From Nannocystis bainbridge (GTDB lineage Bacteria > Myxococcota_A > Polyangia > Nannocystales > Nannocystaceae): a stretch of 64,000 nt of DNA. A program made the position numbers and the translations under genes. The notes beneath the pieces are model-generated. The model was not told the DNA's origin. It saw nothing but the letters and a program-made list of their open reading frames with translations, and made no database searches. Positions within the stretch are counted from its first letter, which is position 1. Every line of letters starts with the position of its first letter. The stretch is from contig NZ_JAQNDL010000002.1 in the NCBI RefSeq assembly GCF_028368995.1, forward strand, positions 64,001 to 128,000, in the 5' to 3' direction. Positions 18,924-32,593 of the stretch are shown here, in pieces.

Positions 18924-20204
18924 TCAGCGGCGGCGCGGTCGCCTGGCTGCGCGCGCGCCGGGCAGCTCGGCCTCGGCGGCGACGGCCTCGAGGCGGCGGC
19001 CGATGTCCGCGATCGTGGCCGGGGCGACGTCGACCGCGCGGGCTTCACGAGGCCAGCGCGTCAGGGCCGCACGCACCTCGTCGACGATCGCCTGCGCGGC
19101 CTTCTCGTCGATGCCGGCGCGACGGGCGAGGCGCAGCAGGTGCTGCCAGGTCGGGCGGCGGCCCTCGCCGTCGAGCGTCATGGTGTGCTCGCCGCCGGGA
19201 CCGGCGACGAAGTTGAGGTCGTAGGCGGGGGACAGGCGCCAACCACCCTCGCGGTCCATGAGGAAGGAGAAGTTCTTGCCGTGGTCGTCGCGGTTGTGCG
19301 CGAGCACGTTGAACACCATCTGCCGGTAGGCCCGGCGCACGTCCGGCTGGGCGCGCGTGAGGTGCATGGTGACGCGCAGCAGCATGTCGTAGTCGAGGTT
19401 CGGCTCGCGGAAGTCGGCGTCGAGCAGGCCGGCGAGGGTGTGGACGTGGGTGCGCGCGCCGGCCTCGTCGCGGTCGAACCGGCGCACGCCGAAGAAGCGC
19501 TGGCCGCTTTTGGTAGCGAACAGCCGCGTGTCCGGGACCTCGAGCCCGGCGTGGCGCGCCAGGCGGGCGTAGACGTGCTCGATCGCCCCCGCGTCGCGCT
19601 GCTCGTCGCCGGCCCAGAACTTGATCAGCCACGGCTCGTGGTCGGGCGGCGGCACGGCTGTCCCAAAGACCATGCTGTCCCCGCGGACAGCCACGAGGAT
19701 CTTCGGCCGCGCGCCGCCGGGCGAACCACCGGCGTGCTGCAGTACCGGCAAGAGCTCGGACGGGTGGCCCCGGTAGACCTCCTCGGCGGCGGCGGCGAGC
19801 TTGTCGAGGGCGATCGATCGATCGGCGACCGGCTCGGCGTCGGTGCACGGGTGGAAGGTCAAGGCGCCCATGGTGCGGGCGCCGAGGTGGGCCAGGCGAT
19901 CGAGCGGCGACAGCTGCTCGGGGGCGAGGCCGCGCTTGCGAAACAGCCGGTCCATCAGCAACAGGCCCCAGCCGTCGGGCAGGGCGTCGGCGAACACGCC
20001 GTGCAGGCGGGTGGCCGCCGGGGCCTTGAAGATGCCTGGCTGAAGGGCCAGCTTGAGCGGCGAGATCGACGGGCCGCGGGCCAGCCAGGTCGGCTCGTAC
20101 TCGAAGTAGATCGCCCGCTCGTGCAGCAGCAGGTGGCCGACGATCGGCGTGTCCCCGGCGCCGAGCTCGAGCCGGACCTCGATCTTGTGGATCGCCGCGT
20201 TCAC
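18924..20204 (-). CDS. hipA: HipA family toxin kinase
   Basis: FADALPDGWG, SPGGARPK, WLIKF, RRFDR, HNRDDHGKNFS, LSPAYDL. Confidence 0.93.
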   Translation of the reverse strand: MNAAIHKIEVRLELGAGDTPIVGHLLLHERAIYFEYEPTWLARGPSISPLKLALQPGIFKAPAATRLHGVFADALPDGWGLLLMDRLFRKRGLAPEQLSPLDRLAHLGARTMGALTFHPCTDAEPVADRSIALDKLAAAAEEVYRGHPSELLPVLQHAGGSPGGARPKILVAVRGDSMVFGTAVPPPDHEPWLIKFWAGDEQRDAGAIEHVYARLARHAGLEVPDTRLFATKSGQRFFGVRRFDRDEAGARTHVHTLAGLLDADFREPNLDYDMLLRVTMHLTRAQPDVRRAYRQMVFNVLAHNRDDHGKNFSFLMDREGGWRLSPAYDLNFVAGPGGEHTMTLDGEGRRPTWQHLLRLARRAGIDEKAAQAIVDEVRAALTRWPREARAVDVAPATIADIGRRLEAVAAEAELPGARAARRPRRR

Positions 20205-20494
20205 CGGCGACCTCGCTGGCGCACGGGCGCCTGGCCGCGCTGCTCGAGCTCGGCCAGCGAGCGCGCGGGCGGCGGGGCGAACAGCGCCTCGAACTGCTCG
20301 AGGCAGCCGAGCGCGAGCGCCAGGCGGAGCAGGTTGTCGAGCGCGATCTGGCCGGTCGTCTCGAATCGCTTGACCGTGCCGGCGCTGATGCCGGCCCGCT
20401 CGGCCAGGGTCTCTCGCCGCCAGTCACGCGCCAGCCGGAGCTCTTTCAGCCGCCCCGCCAGCCGCTGCGCGACCTCCTCGGTAGTGAAGAGCAT
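20201..20494 (-). CDS. XRE HTH antitoxin (HipB-like)
   Basis: LKELRL...RRETLAERAGISAGTVKRFE; GTGA overlap with hipA. Confidence 0.88.
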   Translation of the reverse strand: MLFTTEEVAQRLAGRLKELRLARDWRRETLAERAGISAGTVKRFETTGQIALDNLLRLALALGCLEQFEALFAPPPARSLAELEQRGQAPVRQRGRR

Positions 20495-20501
20495 ACGGGG
20501 T

Positions 20502-20529
20502 ATTATATGCGCCTTTATGGGGCTGACAA
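20502..20529 (-). promoter_or_regulatory. sigma70-type promoter of hipBA (leaderless)
   Basis: TTGTCA-N16-TATAAT on the minus strand, 7 bp before the ATG. Confidence 0.7.
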
Positions 20530-20577
20530 CGAGGTTGAGGGTAGAATATTGGCTGTTCTGGCCGAGGCCCGGACGCG

Positions 20578-20612
20578 AAAAAGCCCGCCGCCTCGAGCGA
20601 GGGGCGGGCTTC
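20578..20612 (-). terminator. rho-independent terminator after pntB
   Basis: AAGCCCGCC...GGCGGGCTT stem ending in a T run on the minus strand. Confidence 0.7.
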
Positions 20613-20631
20613 ACCGCGGGCGCGGAGGAGC

Positions 20632-22044
20632 TCAGCCGCGCAGCTTGCCGAGCAGGGCGTCGACGTTCTTCTTGGCGTCGCCGTAGAGCATGCGGGTGTT
20701 TTCTTTGTAGAAGAGCGGGTTGTCGACGCCGGCGTAGCCGACGCCTTTGCCGCGCTTCATCACCACCACGGTCTTGGCCTTCCACACCTCGATCACGGGC
20801 ATGCCGGCGATCGGGCTCGACGGGTCGTCCTGGGCGCCAGGGTTGACGATGTCGTTGGCGCCGATCACCAGCACGAGGTCGGTGTTGGGGCAGTCGTGGT
20901 TGATCTCGTCCATCTCGAGGACGATGTCGTAGGGCACGTTGGCCTCGGCCAGCAGCACGTTCATGTGGCCGGGCAGGCGGCCCGCGACCGGGTGGATGGC
21001 GAAGCGGAAGTTGGCGCCGGCCTTGCGCAGGAGCTTGGCGATCTCGGCGACCGGGTGCTGCGCCTGGGCGACGGCCATGCCGTAGCCGGGCACGACCATG
21101 ATGTTGCGAGCGGAGCGCATCAGCTCGACGGTGCCGTCGAGGTCGACCTCGCGGCACTCGCCGACCGGCTGGGCCGCGGCGCCCTTGGGGACGGCCGCGC
21201 CGCCGTCGGAGCCGAAGCCGCCGGCGATGACGCTGATGAACGAGCGGTTCATCGCCCGGCACATGATGTACGAGAGGATCGCGCCCGAGCTGCCGACCAG
21301 CGCGCCGGTGACGATCAGGAGGTCGTTGTTCAGCATGAAGCCGGCGGCCGCGGCGGCCCAGCCGGAGTAGCTGTTGAGCATCGACACGACGACGGGCATG
21401 TCGGCGCCGCCGATGGCCATGACCATGTGCACGCCGATCACGCTGGCGATGCCGGTCATGATCAGCAGCGGGGTGAGGCCGTGGTGCGGGTCGGCCAGGA
21501 ACTGCCAGCCGAAGAACACGCAGCCGAGCAGCAGCGCCAGGTTGAGCAGGTGGCGGCCGGGCAGGGTCAGCGGCCGGCCGCCGATGCTGCCGCGCAGCTT
21601 GAGGAAGGCGATGATCGAGCCGGTGAAGGTGATCGCGCCGATGAACACGCCGATGTAGACCTCGACGTTGTGGATCGTGTCGGCGTGGTTGCCGGCGCCG
21701 AGGAACGACGAAAGGCCGACCAGCACCGCCGCGGCGCCGACGAAGCTGTGCAGCACGGCGACCAGCTCGGGCATCGCGGTCATGGCGACGCGCGCGGCCA
21801 GGACGGCGCCGATGAGCGCGCCGGGGACGATCGCGGCGGCGAGGATGGCGAAGCCGCTGCCGCTGATGTTCATCACCTTGTCGGCGTTCATGCCGATGGC
21901 GGTGGCGATGACGGCGAGCAGCATGCCGATCATGCCGTAGACGTTGCCGCGGCGGGCGGTGTCCTGGCGCGAGAGGCCGCCGAGGCTGAGGATGAACAGC
22001 GCGCTGGCGGCGATGTAGATGACGGTGAGGAGGCTGAACGACAT
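20632..22044 (-). CDS. pntB: NAD(P) transhydrogenase beta subunit
   Basis: [52 protein letters not shown]. Confidence 0.97.
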   Translation of the reverse strand: MSFSLLTVIYIAASALFILSLGGLSRQDTARRGNVYGMIGMLLAVIATAIGMNADKVMNISGSGFAILAAAIVPGALIGAVLAARVAMTAMPELVAVLHSFVGAAAVLVGLSSFLGAGNHADTIHNVEVYIGVFIGAITFTGSIIAFLKLRGSIGGRPLTLPGRHLLNLALLLGCVFFGWQFLADPHHGLTPLLIMTGIASVIGVHMVMAIGGADMPVVVSMLNSYSGWAAAAAGFMLNNDLLIVTGALVGSSGAILSYIMCRAMNRSFISVIAGGFGSDGGAAVPKGAAAQPVGECREVDLDGTVELMRSARNIMVVPGYGMAVAQAQHPVAEIAKLLRKAGANFRFAIHPVAGRLPGHMNVLLAEANVPYDIVLEMDEINHDCPNTDLVLVIGANDIVNPGAQDDPSSPIAGMPVIEVWKAKTVVVMKRGKGVGYAGVDNPLFYKENTRMLYGDAKKNVDALLGKLRG

Positions 22045-22062
22045 CGTGGTGGTCCCCGCCGC

Positions 22063-23658
22063 TTACTTGCGGAACATCTTCAGCATGCGCTGGGTGACGA
22101 GGAAGCCGCCGGCGACGTTGATCATCGCCAGCAAGATGGCAGCCGCGCCGAGCAAGGTCGCGGCCGAGGTCGGGGCGCCCGAGATCTGCAGCATGCCGCC
22201 GATGATGATGATGCCGCTGATCGCGTTGGTGACGCTCATCAGCGGGGTGTGCAGGGCCGGGGAGACGCTCCACACGACCTGGTAGCCGATGAAGCAGGCC
22301 AGGACGAACACGGTGAAGTGGCTGAGGAAGCTCGACTTGTCGTCGACGCCGAAGCCGATGCCGATCAGCAGGAGGCCGGCGAACAGCAGCGGCCACGGGC
22401 TCGACTCGCCCGCGGGCGGGCCGTGGCCGTGACCGTGGCTCCTCGGCGGCGGGGCCGAGGGGCGCGGGGGCTCGGGCGCGGGGGCGACCGGCGCGGCGGG
22501 CTTGGATGCAGCGGGAGCGGCGGCGGGCGCGGGCGCGGCGGCGGGGCGCGGCGGCGGCCACTTGATCTCGCCGTGGTGGGTGATGAGGCAGCCGCGCACG
22601 ACCTCGTCGTTCTCGTCGATGCGGAAGTTGGCGGCCTTGCCCATGTCGTCGAGCAGGTGGCACAGGTTGGTGCCGTAGAGCTGGCTCGACTGCGCGGCCA
22701 TGCGGCTCGGCAGGTCGGTGAAGCCGATGATCGTGACGCCGCCGTGCACGATCTTCTCGCCCGGCGAGGTCAGCTCGCAGTTGCCACCTGTCTCGGCGGC
22801 CAGGTCGACGATGACCGAGCCGGGCTTCATGCGCTCGACCATGTCGCGCAAGATCAGCTTGGGCGCCGGCTTGCCGGGGATCAGCGCCGTCGTGACGATG
22901 ATGTCGACCTCTTCGGCCTGGCGGCGGAACAGGTCCATCTCGGCGGCGATGAAGGCCGGGCTCATCTCCTTGGCGTAGCCGCCGACGCCGGTGCCGTCCT
23001 CGTGGAAGTCGAGCTCGAGGAACTCGGCGCCCATGCTCTCGACCTGCTCCTTGACGACGGGGCGGGTGTCGAAGGCGCGGACGATCGCACCGAGGCCGCG
23101 GCCGACGCCGATGACGGCGAGGCCGGCCACGCCGGCGCCGATGACCATGAGCTTGGCCGGCGGGACCTTGCCGGCGGCGGTGATCTGGCCGGTGAAGAAG
23201 CGGCCGAAGCTGTTGGCGGCCTCGATGACGGCGCGGTAGCCGGAGATGTTGCCCATCGACGACAGCGCGTCGAGCTTCTGCGCGCGAGAGATCCGCGGCA
23301 CCGCGTCCATGGCCAGCACCGTGACGCCGCGGCCGCGCAGGCGCTCGACCAGGTCGGGGTTCTGCGCCGGCCAGATGAAGCTGATGAGCACCTGGCCCTC
23401 GCGCGCGAGGTCGACCTCGAAGCTACTCGGCGCGCGGACCTTGAGGACGATGTCGACCTGGCCCCAAAGACCTTCGGCGTCGGCCGCGATGCCGCAGCCG
23501 ACGCTGGCGTAGGCGTCGTCGCCGAACTCGGCGGCCGCACCGGCACCGCTCTCGACCACCACGGAGAAGCCCTGGCTCTGCAGGCGCTTGGCGGTGTCTG
23601 GGGTGGCAGCCACCCGGCGCTCGCCAGGGTAGATCTCCTTCGGAATGCCGATCTTCAT
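22063..23658 (-). CDS. pntA: NAD(P) transhydrogenase alpha subunit
   Basis: [39 protein letters not shown]. Confidence 0.97.
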   Translation of the reverse strand: MKIGIPKEIYPGERRVAATPDTAKRLQSQGFSVVVESGAGAAAEFGDDAYASVGCGIAADAEGLWGQVDIVLKVRAPSSFEVDLAREGQVLISFIWPAQNPDLVERLRGRGVTVLAMDAVPRISRAQKLDALSSMGNISGYRAVIEAANSFGRFFTGQITAAGKVPPAKLMVIGAGVAGLAVIGVGRGLGAIVRAFDTRPVVKEQVESMGAEFLELDFHEDGTGVGGYAKEMSPAFIAAEMDLFRRQAEEVDIIVTTALIPGKPAPKLILRDMVERMKPGSVIVDLAAETGGNCELTSPGEKIVHGGVTIIGFTDLPSRMAAQSSQLYGTNLCHLLDDMGKAANFRIDENDEVVRGCLITHHGEIKWPPPRPAAAPAPAAAPAASKPAAPVAPAPEPPRPSAPPPRSHGHGHGPPAGESSPWPLLFAGLLLIGIGFGVDDKSSFLSHFTVFVLACFIGYQVVWSVSPALHTPLMSVTNAISGIIIIGGMLQISGAPTSAATLLGAAAILLAMINVAGGFLVTQRMLKMFRK

Positions 23659-23853
23659 AGCTTTGCAGGCTTGCAAGGCGGACCCAACGAGGCCGCGGCA
23701 GCCGGGCCGAGAGATATCACGAGGGCCGGCGCGGCTCTACCGTTTCCTCGCCGGAGTCGGCAAATCTCGGCGCGCGGAGCCCGGCCGCGGGCGTGTGAGC
23801 TTGAGCGGCCCCGCTGTCGCACGACCTCGCCTCGGCCGAGGCTAGCCTCGGCC

Positions 23854-24338
<485 letters not shown>

Positions 24339-24342
<4 letters not shown>

Positions 24343-24947
24343 ACGAGCCGCGGGTCGAGGGCTTTCGCGGCGGGGCGACCGAGCTGCGCGGGCTGCTCGG
24401 GCGGGCCTTCTGCGACAACCCCGGGATGGTCGCGACGCTCGGCGACGCGCGGCCGCGACGGCTGGCGCGCGCGACCCGATTGATGGGCGGCATGACCGGC
24501 ACGGCGCTGGCGAGCGGGACGGTCGAGGTGGTCCGCGCGGGCGGCCGGGTGGCGGCGACGAGCCTGTCTTATGGGCCAGATCAGAAGCCGAGCGGGCGGG
24601 CGCTGGTGCCGATGTACCTGGCGGGTCTCTCGACGGGGCCGCGCTGCCTGATCCGGCTGCTGCGCCTCGACGAGTTCCTGCGCACGCATCACCCGCGGGT
24701 GCCGCACTTCTTCCTCGCGGTGCTCGGGGTCGAGCCGGAGATGCAGGGCCGTCAGCTCGGCTCGGCGCTGCTGCGGGCGCTGTCGGCCCGCGCCGACGCG
24801 GCCGGGCTGCCGTGTTACCTCGAGACCGACCGCGAGCCGGCCAAGCGGCTGTACATGCGCCACGGCTACGAGGTGGTCGGCGAGCACGAGCTCGAGAACC
24901 TCGGCGGGGTGCGGTTCTGGCGGATGCAGCGACCGCCGGCGCGGTAG
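24339..24947 (+). CDS. GNAT acetyltransferase
   Basis: LAVLGVEPEMQGRQLGSALL, YLET, LY.RHGY. Confidence 0.88.
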
Positions 24948-25067
24948 TGATTCGCCGTCACTCGTGCGACGGGGTCGCGCGCATCGCCGGCGCGCAGTGA
25001 TTCGCGTCCGTCGCCGGCGACGGATTTCACGAGTCGTGCGGAGCGCCGGCGCGGTGGTGATGCGCCG

Positions 25068-25074
<7 letters not shown>
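24934..25074. repeat. 31-bp direct repeats flanking an 18-bp palindrome at the GNAT/glmS convergent ends
   Basis: cgccggcgcggtRgtgatKcgccgtcactcg at 24934 and 25044, partial copy at 24985; tccgtcgccggcgacgga at 25007-25024. Confidence 0.75.
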
Positions 25075-26927
<1,853 letters not shown>

Positions 26928-27121
26928 GACTGGAATCTCCTGCCGAGAGAGGGGCGCGGGCCGTCCGGAGCGCCGGGGAGGCCGTGAGGCGAAACCCGGC
27001 GGGCCGTGGATCGAGTCCCGGAAAAGCTGCGGTGCTCGGCCCGCGGGCCCCGTACGCGCGAAGGGGGCCTCGCGCTTCCGCGGGGCCCCCCTGGGGTATC
27101 ACGAGCCGCTGCCGCGGTCGA

Positions 27122-28717
27122 TTACTTGGCCGGGGCGGGCGCGGGCGCCGGTGCGGCGCCAGCAGCCGCGAGGGCGTGGTTGGCGGCGCAGAAGGTGGTG
27201 TCCTTCTCGAGGCACTTGAGGTCGGTGTCGTAGTGGACGATCGTGGCGTCGGGCAGCGCGTCCTTGATCTGCTGCTCGGTCTTGTCGGCGCGGCCGACGA
27301 CGACCACCACCGGCACGTCGTTCATGAACTTGCGCGACATGGTCTTCATGTCGGCGATCTGGACCTTGCGGACCTCGTCGCGGTAGGTCTTGTAGTAGTC
27401 GGCCGGCAGGCCGTAGGTGAGGATCGTGCGCACGCGGCCGGCGACCTGGTCGGCGGTCTCGATGCTCAGCGGGAAGCTGCCGATCGCCTCGCGCGTGACG
27501 TCCTCGAACTCCTTCGCGGTGACGTCGGTGTCGCGCATCTTGTTGATGTGGCCGAACACGGCCTTGAGCATCTCGCCGGTGCTGGCGGTCTTGGTCTTGG
27601 TCCAGATCCGCCAGGTGCCCGGCGCGACGCCCGGCTCCATCTTGGTGTAGATGCCGTAGGTGAGGCCCTTCTCCTCGCGCACGTCGAGGAACAGGCGCCC
27701 GGTCGAGCCGCCGCCGAGGATGTCGGAGGCGAGGTCGAGCTTGATCCACTCGGGGTTCTTGCGCGCGAGCGCGAGGTTGCCGATGCGGATGTCCGACTGC
27801 GCCGAGCCGGGCCGATTGACCAGGTGGACGATCAGCTTGGGCGGGTGCTTGTACGACTTGAAGCCGTTGAGCGGGTTCGACGGGGCCTGGCCCTCGATCG
27901 GCTTCCACTTGGCGAACACCTCGTTGCCGAGCTTCTCCGCCTCGGCGACGGTGACGTCGCCGGAGAGGATCAGGTAGCTGTTGTTCGAGCGGTAGAAGGT
28001 GTCGTGGAACTTCTTGACCGCGTCGACGGTGACGGCGTCGATCCGGGCCTCGGTCGGCAGCGAGCGCCCGTACGGGTGGCCCGCCGGGTAGGCGGCCATG
28101 TCGAACAGCGCGTCGGCGAGGACGTCGGAGTTCGACTTCATCGCCTTGAGGCCGGTCTTGGCCTTCTCCTTGAGCTTGTCGAGCGCGGCCGGCGGGAACG
28201 CCGGGTTGACGACCTCGTCGGCCATCAGCGTCAGCGCCAGCTTGATGTCGCGCTTGAGCACCTGCGTGTAGACGCTGGTGTCGTGGACGCCGGCGCCGGC
28301 GCCGAGGCTGCCGCCGACGAACTCGATCTCCTCGTCGATCTTGGCCTTGGTGCGGGTCTTGGTGCCCTCGCCGAGCATGCTGGCGGTCATCTCGGCCAGC
28401 TGCTCGTCGTCCATGGTGCCGGCCTTGATCACCAGCTGGGCCGAGATCAGCGGGACCTCGTGGTTCTCGACGACGTAGATCTCGAGGCCGTTCTTGGTCT
28501 GGATCTTCTGCAGGTCGGGGAACTGGACCTCGCGCGGCTCGGTCGGCGGCGGCGGGTCCTGGTAGATGCGCGCGGGCTTGTCGGCGACCTGCGGCGCGTC
28601 GGCCGGCTTGTTGGCGTCGGGCGCGGTGGTCTCACCCTTGGGCTTGCCGCAGCCGGGGGCGGCGAGCGCGGCGACGACGAGGGCTGTGGCGAAGGAATGC
28701 GTGGTGCGCGTGAACAT
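27122..28717 (-). CDS. M16B peptidase, non-catalytic subunit (lipoprotein)
   Basis: AAPGC lipobox; no HxxEH; RLFLDVREEKGLTY motif. Confidence 0.88.
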   Translation of the reverse strand: MFTRTTHSFATALVVAALAAPGCGKPKGETTAPDANKPADAPQVADKPARIYQDPPPPTEPREVQFPDLQKIQTKNGLEIYVVENHEVPLISAQLVIKAGTMDDEQLAEMTASMLGEGTKTRTKAKIDEEIEFVGGSLGAGAGVHDTSVYTQVLKRDIKLALTLMADEVVNPAFPPAALDKLKEKAKTGLKAMKSNSDVLADALFDMAAYPAGHPYGRSLPTEARIDAVTVDAVKKFHDTFYRSNNSYLILSGDVTVAEAEKLGNEVFAKWKPIEGQAPSNPLNGFKSYKHPPKLIVHLVNRPGSAQSDIRIGNLALARKNPEWIKLDLASDILGGGSTGRLFLDVREEKGLTYGIYTKMEPGVAPGTWRIWTKTKTASTGEMLKAVFGHINKMRDTDVTAKEFEDVTREAIGSFPLSIETADQVAGRVRTILTYGLPADYYKTYRDEVRKVQIADMKTMSRKFMNDVPVVVVVGRADKTEQQIKDALPDATIVHYDTDLKCLEKDTTFCAANHALAAAGAAPAPAPAPAK

Positions 28718-28752
28718 GGTCTTTGGCTTCCTGTCCTGGAGGTCAGCGCTGC

Positions 28753-30222
28753 TCAGCCCGGGCCCATCATCGGCGCGCCGGTCGATCCGGGGTTGATCTC
28801 GAGGGTCAGCCAGTTGGCGCCCAGGTACTCGTTGGCGACCCGCTTGATGTCGGCGGGCTTGACCTGCTGGTACTTGTCCAGGTCGGTGAGGACGAACTTG
28901 GGGTCGTTGTGGAACAGCGCGCCGGTGGCGATCGAGTTGGCGCGGCCGGCGTTGGTGGCCAGCGTCTCGACCGTGTCCATCACCTGGCGGTTGATCGCCT
29001 TTTGCAGCTCCTTGGCGGTGATGCCGTTCTTCTGGACCTTGGCGACCTCGTCGCGCACGACCTGCTTGATGGCGTCGAACTTGACGTCCTTGTTGGGCAG
29101 GGCCTGGACGAACACGAGGCCGACGTCGCGCATGGCGAAGTGGGTGCCGCCGCTGACGGCGGTCAGCTTCTTCTCGTCCTGCAGGATCTTCGGGATGCGC
29201 GCCGACTCGCCGACGAGCAGGATGTTGCTCAGCAGGTCGAGGGCGTGGCGGTCGGGGTGGTTGGCGCCGACGGTGTGCCAGCCGAGCAGGAACAGCGACT
29301 GCTGGGCCAGCGGGTCCTCGACGATGGTCTCGATCGGCTTGCTGCGGTCGACCTGGCCGATCGCGGTCGGGGTGCGATCCGGGCCCTTCTTGATGTCGCC
29401 GAAGTACTTCTCGACCTTGGACTTGAGGTCGTTCAGCTCGACGTCGCCGACGAACACCAGCACCGCGTTGTTGGGCGCGTAGTACTTGTCGAAGAACGCC
29501 TGCACGTCGGGGGTCTTGGCGGCGTTGAGGTCCTCGAGGCTGCCGATGACCTCGTGGCCGTAGCCGGTGCCGGTCCAGGCGGCCGACAGCCACTTCTGGA
29601 CGGCGGCCGCGTACGGCACGTTGTCCATGCGCATGGCCTTCTCTTCCTTCACGGCCGAGCGCTGGTTCTCGAAGTTGGCGTCGGTGATCTCGAGCGAGCG
29701 CAGACGGTCCGCCTCCAACCACAAGCCGAGCTCCAGGTACTGGCTCGGCAGGTTGTTGTAGTAGATCGTCATGTCGTAGTTGGTGCCGGCGTTGTTGTTG
29801 CCGCCCACGCGCTGCACGAAGGTCAGGTGGCCCATCGGCGGCACGTTCTTGCTGCCCTCGAACATCATGTGCTCGAACAGGTGGGCGAAGCCGGTGCGGC
29901 CCTGGACCTCGTCGCGCGAGCCGACGTCGTACAGGAGCGTCATGTTGAACGCCGGGGTCGAGTGGTCCTCGACGACGTAGACGCGCAGGCCGTTGGCGAG
30001 CGAGAACTCCTGGACCGGGAGGTCGAAGGCGAGCCCGCCCTTGGCCGGCTTCTTGGCGGCCGTGGTCTTGCTTCCGGGCGCAGGATCCGCGGCGGGCGCG
30101 GCGTCAGCGGCGATCGAGGAGAGCGTCAGGCCACCGCAGAGGGTGAACAGGGCCAGGGTGCGGCCGGCGCGGCCGGAGAGGGTTCGGCGCGATCGTCCGT
30201 GAGACTTCAGCGTGGGCGACAT
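28753..30222 (-). CDS. M16B zinc peptidase, catalytic subunit
   Basis: GFAHLFEHMMFEGS, LWLEADR, V.EE; signal peptide. Confidence 0.92.
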   Translation of the reverse strand: MSPTLKSHGRSRRTLSGRAGRTLALFTLCGGLTLSSIAADAAPAADPAPGSKTTAAKKPAKGGLAFDLPVQEFSLANGLRVYVVEDHSTPAFNMTLLYDVGSRDEVQGRTGFAHLFEHMMFEGSKNVPPMGHLTFVQRVGGNNNAGTNYDMTIYYNNLPSQYLELGLWLEADRLRSLEITDANFENQRSAVKEEKAMRMDNVPYAAAVQKWLSAAWTGTGYGHEVIGSLEDLNAAKTPDVQAFFDKYYAPNNAVLVFVGDVELNDLKSKVEKYFGDIKKGPDRTPTAIGQVDRSKPIETIVEDPLAQQSLFLLGWHTVGANHPDRHALDLLSNILLVGESARIPKILQDEKKLTAVSGGTHFAMRDVGLVFVQALPNKDVKFDAIKQVVRDEVAKVQKNGITAKELQKAINRQVMDTVETLATNAGRANSIATGALFHNDPKFVLTDLDKYQQVKPADIKRVANEYLGANWLTLEINPGSTGAPMMGPG

Positions 30223-30558
30223 GGGATTTGGTCGTCTCCTGCGAGGGCCGCAACCTAGCACACGGCCCCAGTGGCGGTGGGACAAAGCGGGACCCTCGCA
30301 GGCGCCCGAGACCCATCCTCCCACCTGCTTTGTGCCGCGCTGCCGAGCAAGAGAACTCACGTGATTCGCGGGGCGCCCGCGCGGCAGGCCACGGGCTTCG
30401 GACCCCCAATTTCACCGCGATCGTCGCCAGACCCTCGGGCCAGGTCGTCAGGGGCAGGCGCCGGCGGCGCCTCGGCGGGAGCGGCCGGCGACGTCCGCGT
30501 GTGACCCCGCCTACGTGGCGCAGGGCCGCTGGCGTCGGGCTGAGCGCCGGTAGGACGG

Positions 30559-30588
30559 TTGACAGCGCCTTTGGGCTAATCCTATAAA
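30559..30588 (+). promoter_or_regulatory. sigma70 promoter for tRNA-Gln/prs
   Basis: TTGACA-N18-TATAAA followed by a GC-rich discriminator. Confidence 0.7.
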
Positions 30589-30670
30589 GCGCGCGCCCTG
30601 GGGCCCGCTCCTGCGATCCTCAGAGCACGGTCAATTCGCAGGGCTCGGCCCTTCGAGGCTGAACAAATGC

Positions 30671-30742
30671 TGGGGCGTCGGCAAGTGGTAAGCCAGCGGT
30701 TTTTGGTACCGCCATTCGTAGGTTCGAATCCTACCGCCCCAA
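30671..30742 (+). tRNA. tRNA-Gln(TTG), CCA not encoded
   Basis: TGGGGCG/CGCCCCA acceptor stem, GCGGT-TTTTGGT-ACCGC anticodon arm, GGTTCGAATCC; typical position before prs. Confidence 0.96.
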
Positions 30743-30777
30743 TTCATCTCCGCTGACCTTCGACCGAGGACCCGCGC

Positions 30778-31725
<948 letters not shown>

Positions 31726-31868
31726 CTCTACGGTCTCACGACCGACAATGGTCGCACCGACCGACCAAGACCTCTGCCCGACCGGCGGCGAGCCCGATGG
31801 TGTGGTTCCCACCCGGAGGCGAGACAAGAGGGTCCCGAACGGACCCGACGAGAGAAGAGACAATCACC

Positions 31869-32561
31869 ATGAATCAGCAACGCGAACTCACGGTTCAGAT
31901 CCGGACCGGCACTGGCAAGGGCGAGGCCCACAAGCTCCGCGCGTCCGGCAAGATCCCCGGCGTGATCTACGGCCACGGCGGCGAGCACCTGACGATCGCC
32001 CTCGACCCGCTGCTCCTGCGCAAGGCCGCCGACCCGGCCCGCAAGCGCAACACCTGGTACGCCATCCGCGTCCAGGAAGAGGGCAAGGCCGACCGCGTCG
32101 AGTCGTGCATCATCGTCGATCGCCAGCTCGACCTGGTCCGCGACGACATCTTGCACGTCGACTTCCTGCGCGTCGACCCGAACCGCGAGCTCGAGATCAA
32201 GCTGCCGCTCGAGTTCACGGGCCGCGCGGCGGGCGTGGCCGTCGGTGGCACGCTGAAGACCATCGCCCGCGAGGTCCGCGTCGCGGTCAAGCCGGCCGAC
32301 GTGCCGACCAGCTTCATCGTCGACGTGACGCCGCTCGAGGGCGGGCAGACGCTGCGCGTGCGCGACGTGAAGTTCCCGGAGGGTCGCCTGCTCGACCACC
32401 CGAACATCCCGCTCGTCCTCGTCGAGTCCGCCAAGGTCAAGCAGGACGAGGGCGCCGAGGCTGCGGCGGGCAAGAAGCCCGCTGCGGGCAAGGCTGCGCC
32501 GGCCAAGGCCGCTCCGGCCAAGGCGGCGGCCGCTCCGGCCAAGGACGCCAAGAAGAAGTGA
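31869..32561 (+). CDS. rplY: 50S ribosomal protein L25/Ctc
   Basis: GKG...LR..G.IPGVIYG, HVDF, Ctc C-terminal domain, K/A/P tail. Confidence 0.93.
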   Translation: MNQQRELTVQIRTGTGKGEAHKLRASGKIPGVIYGHGGEHLTIALDPLLLRKAADPARKRNTWYAIRVQEEGKADRVESCIIVDRQLDLVRDDILHVDFLRVDPNRELEIKLPLEFTGRAAGVAVGGTLKTIAREVRVAVKPADVPTSFIVDVTPLEGGQTLRVRDVKFPEGRLLDHPNIPLVLVESAKVKQDEGAEAAAGKKPAAGKAAPAKAAPAKAAAAPAKDAKKK

Positions 32562-32593
32562 GCCTCCACCGCCGATGTTGAGGGCGCGCGCAG

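Noticed and set aside
20896-23853. Long overlapping or antisense ORFs (e.g. 20896-24342 +, 10301-13162 -, 43546-46353 -, 14468-17230 -)
   Set aside because: Shadow frames expected at very high GC; they overlap motif-supported genes
26928-27121. glmS ribozyme
   Set aside because: The conserved AGCGCC...GACGAGG core is not recognisable upstream of glmS
30223-30670. Missing ispE before tRNA-Gln-prs
   Set aside because: Unsurprising, since characterised myxobacteria use the mevalonate pathway
31780-31850. 5S rRNA gene
   Set aside because: Only a short loop-E-like resemblance; the rest of 5S is absent
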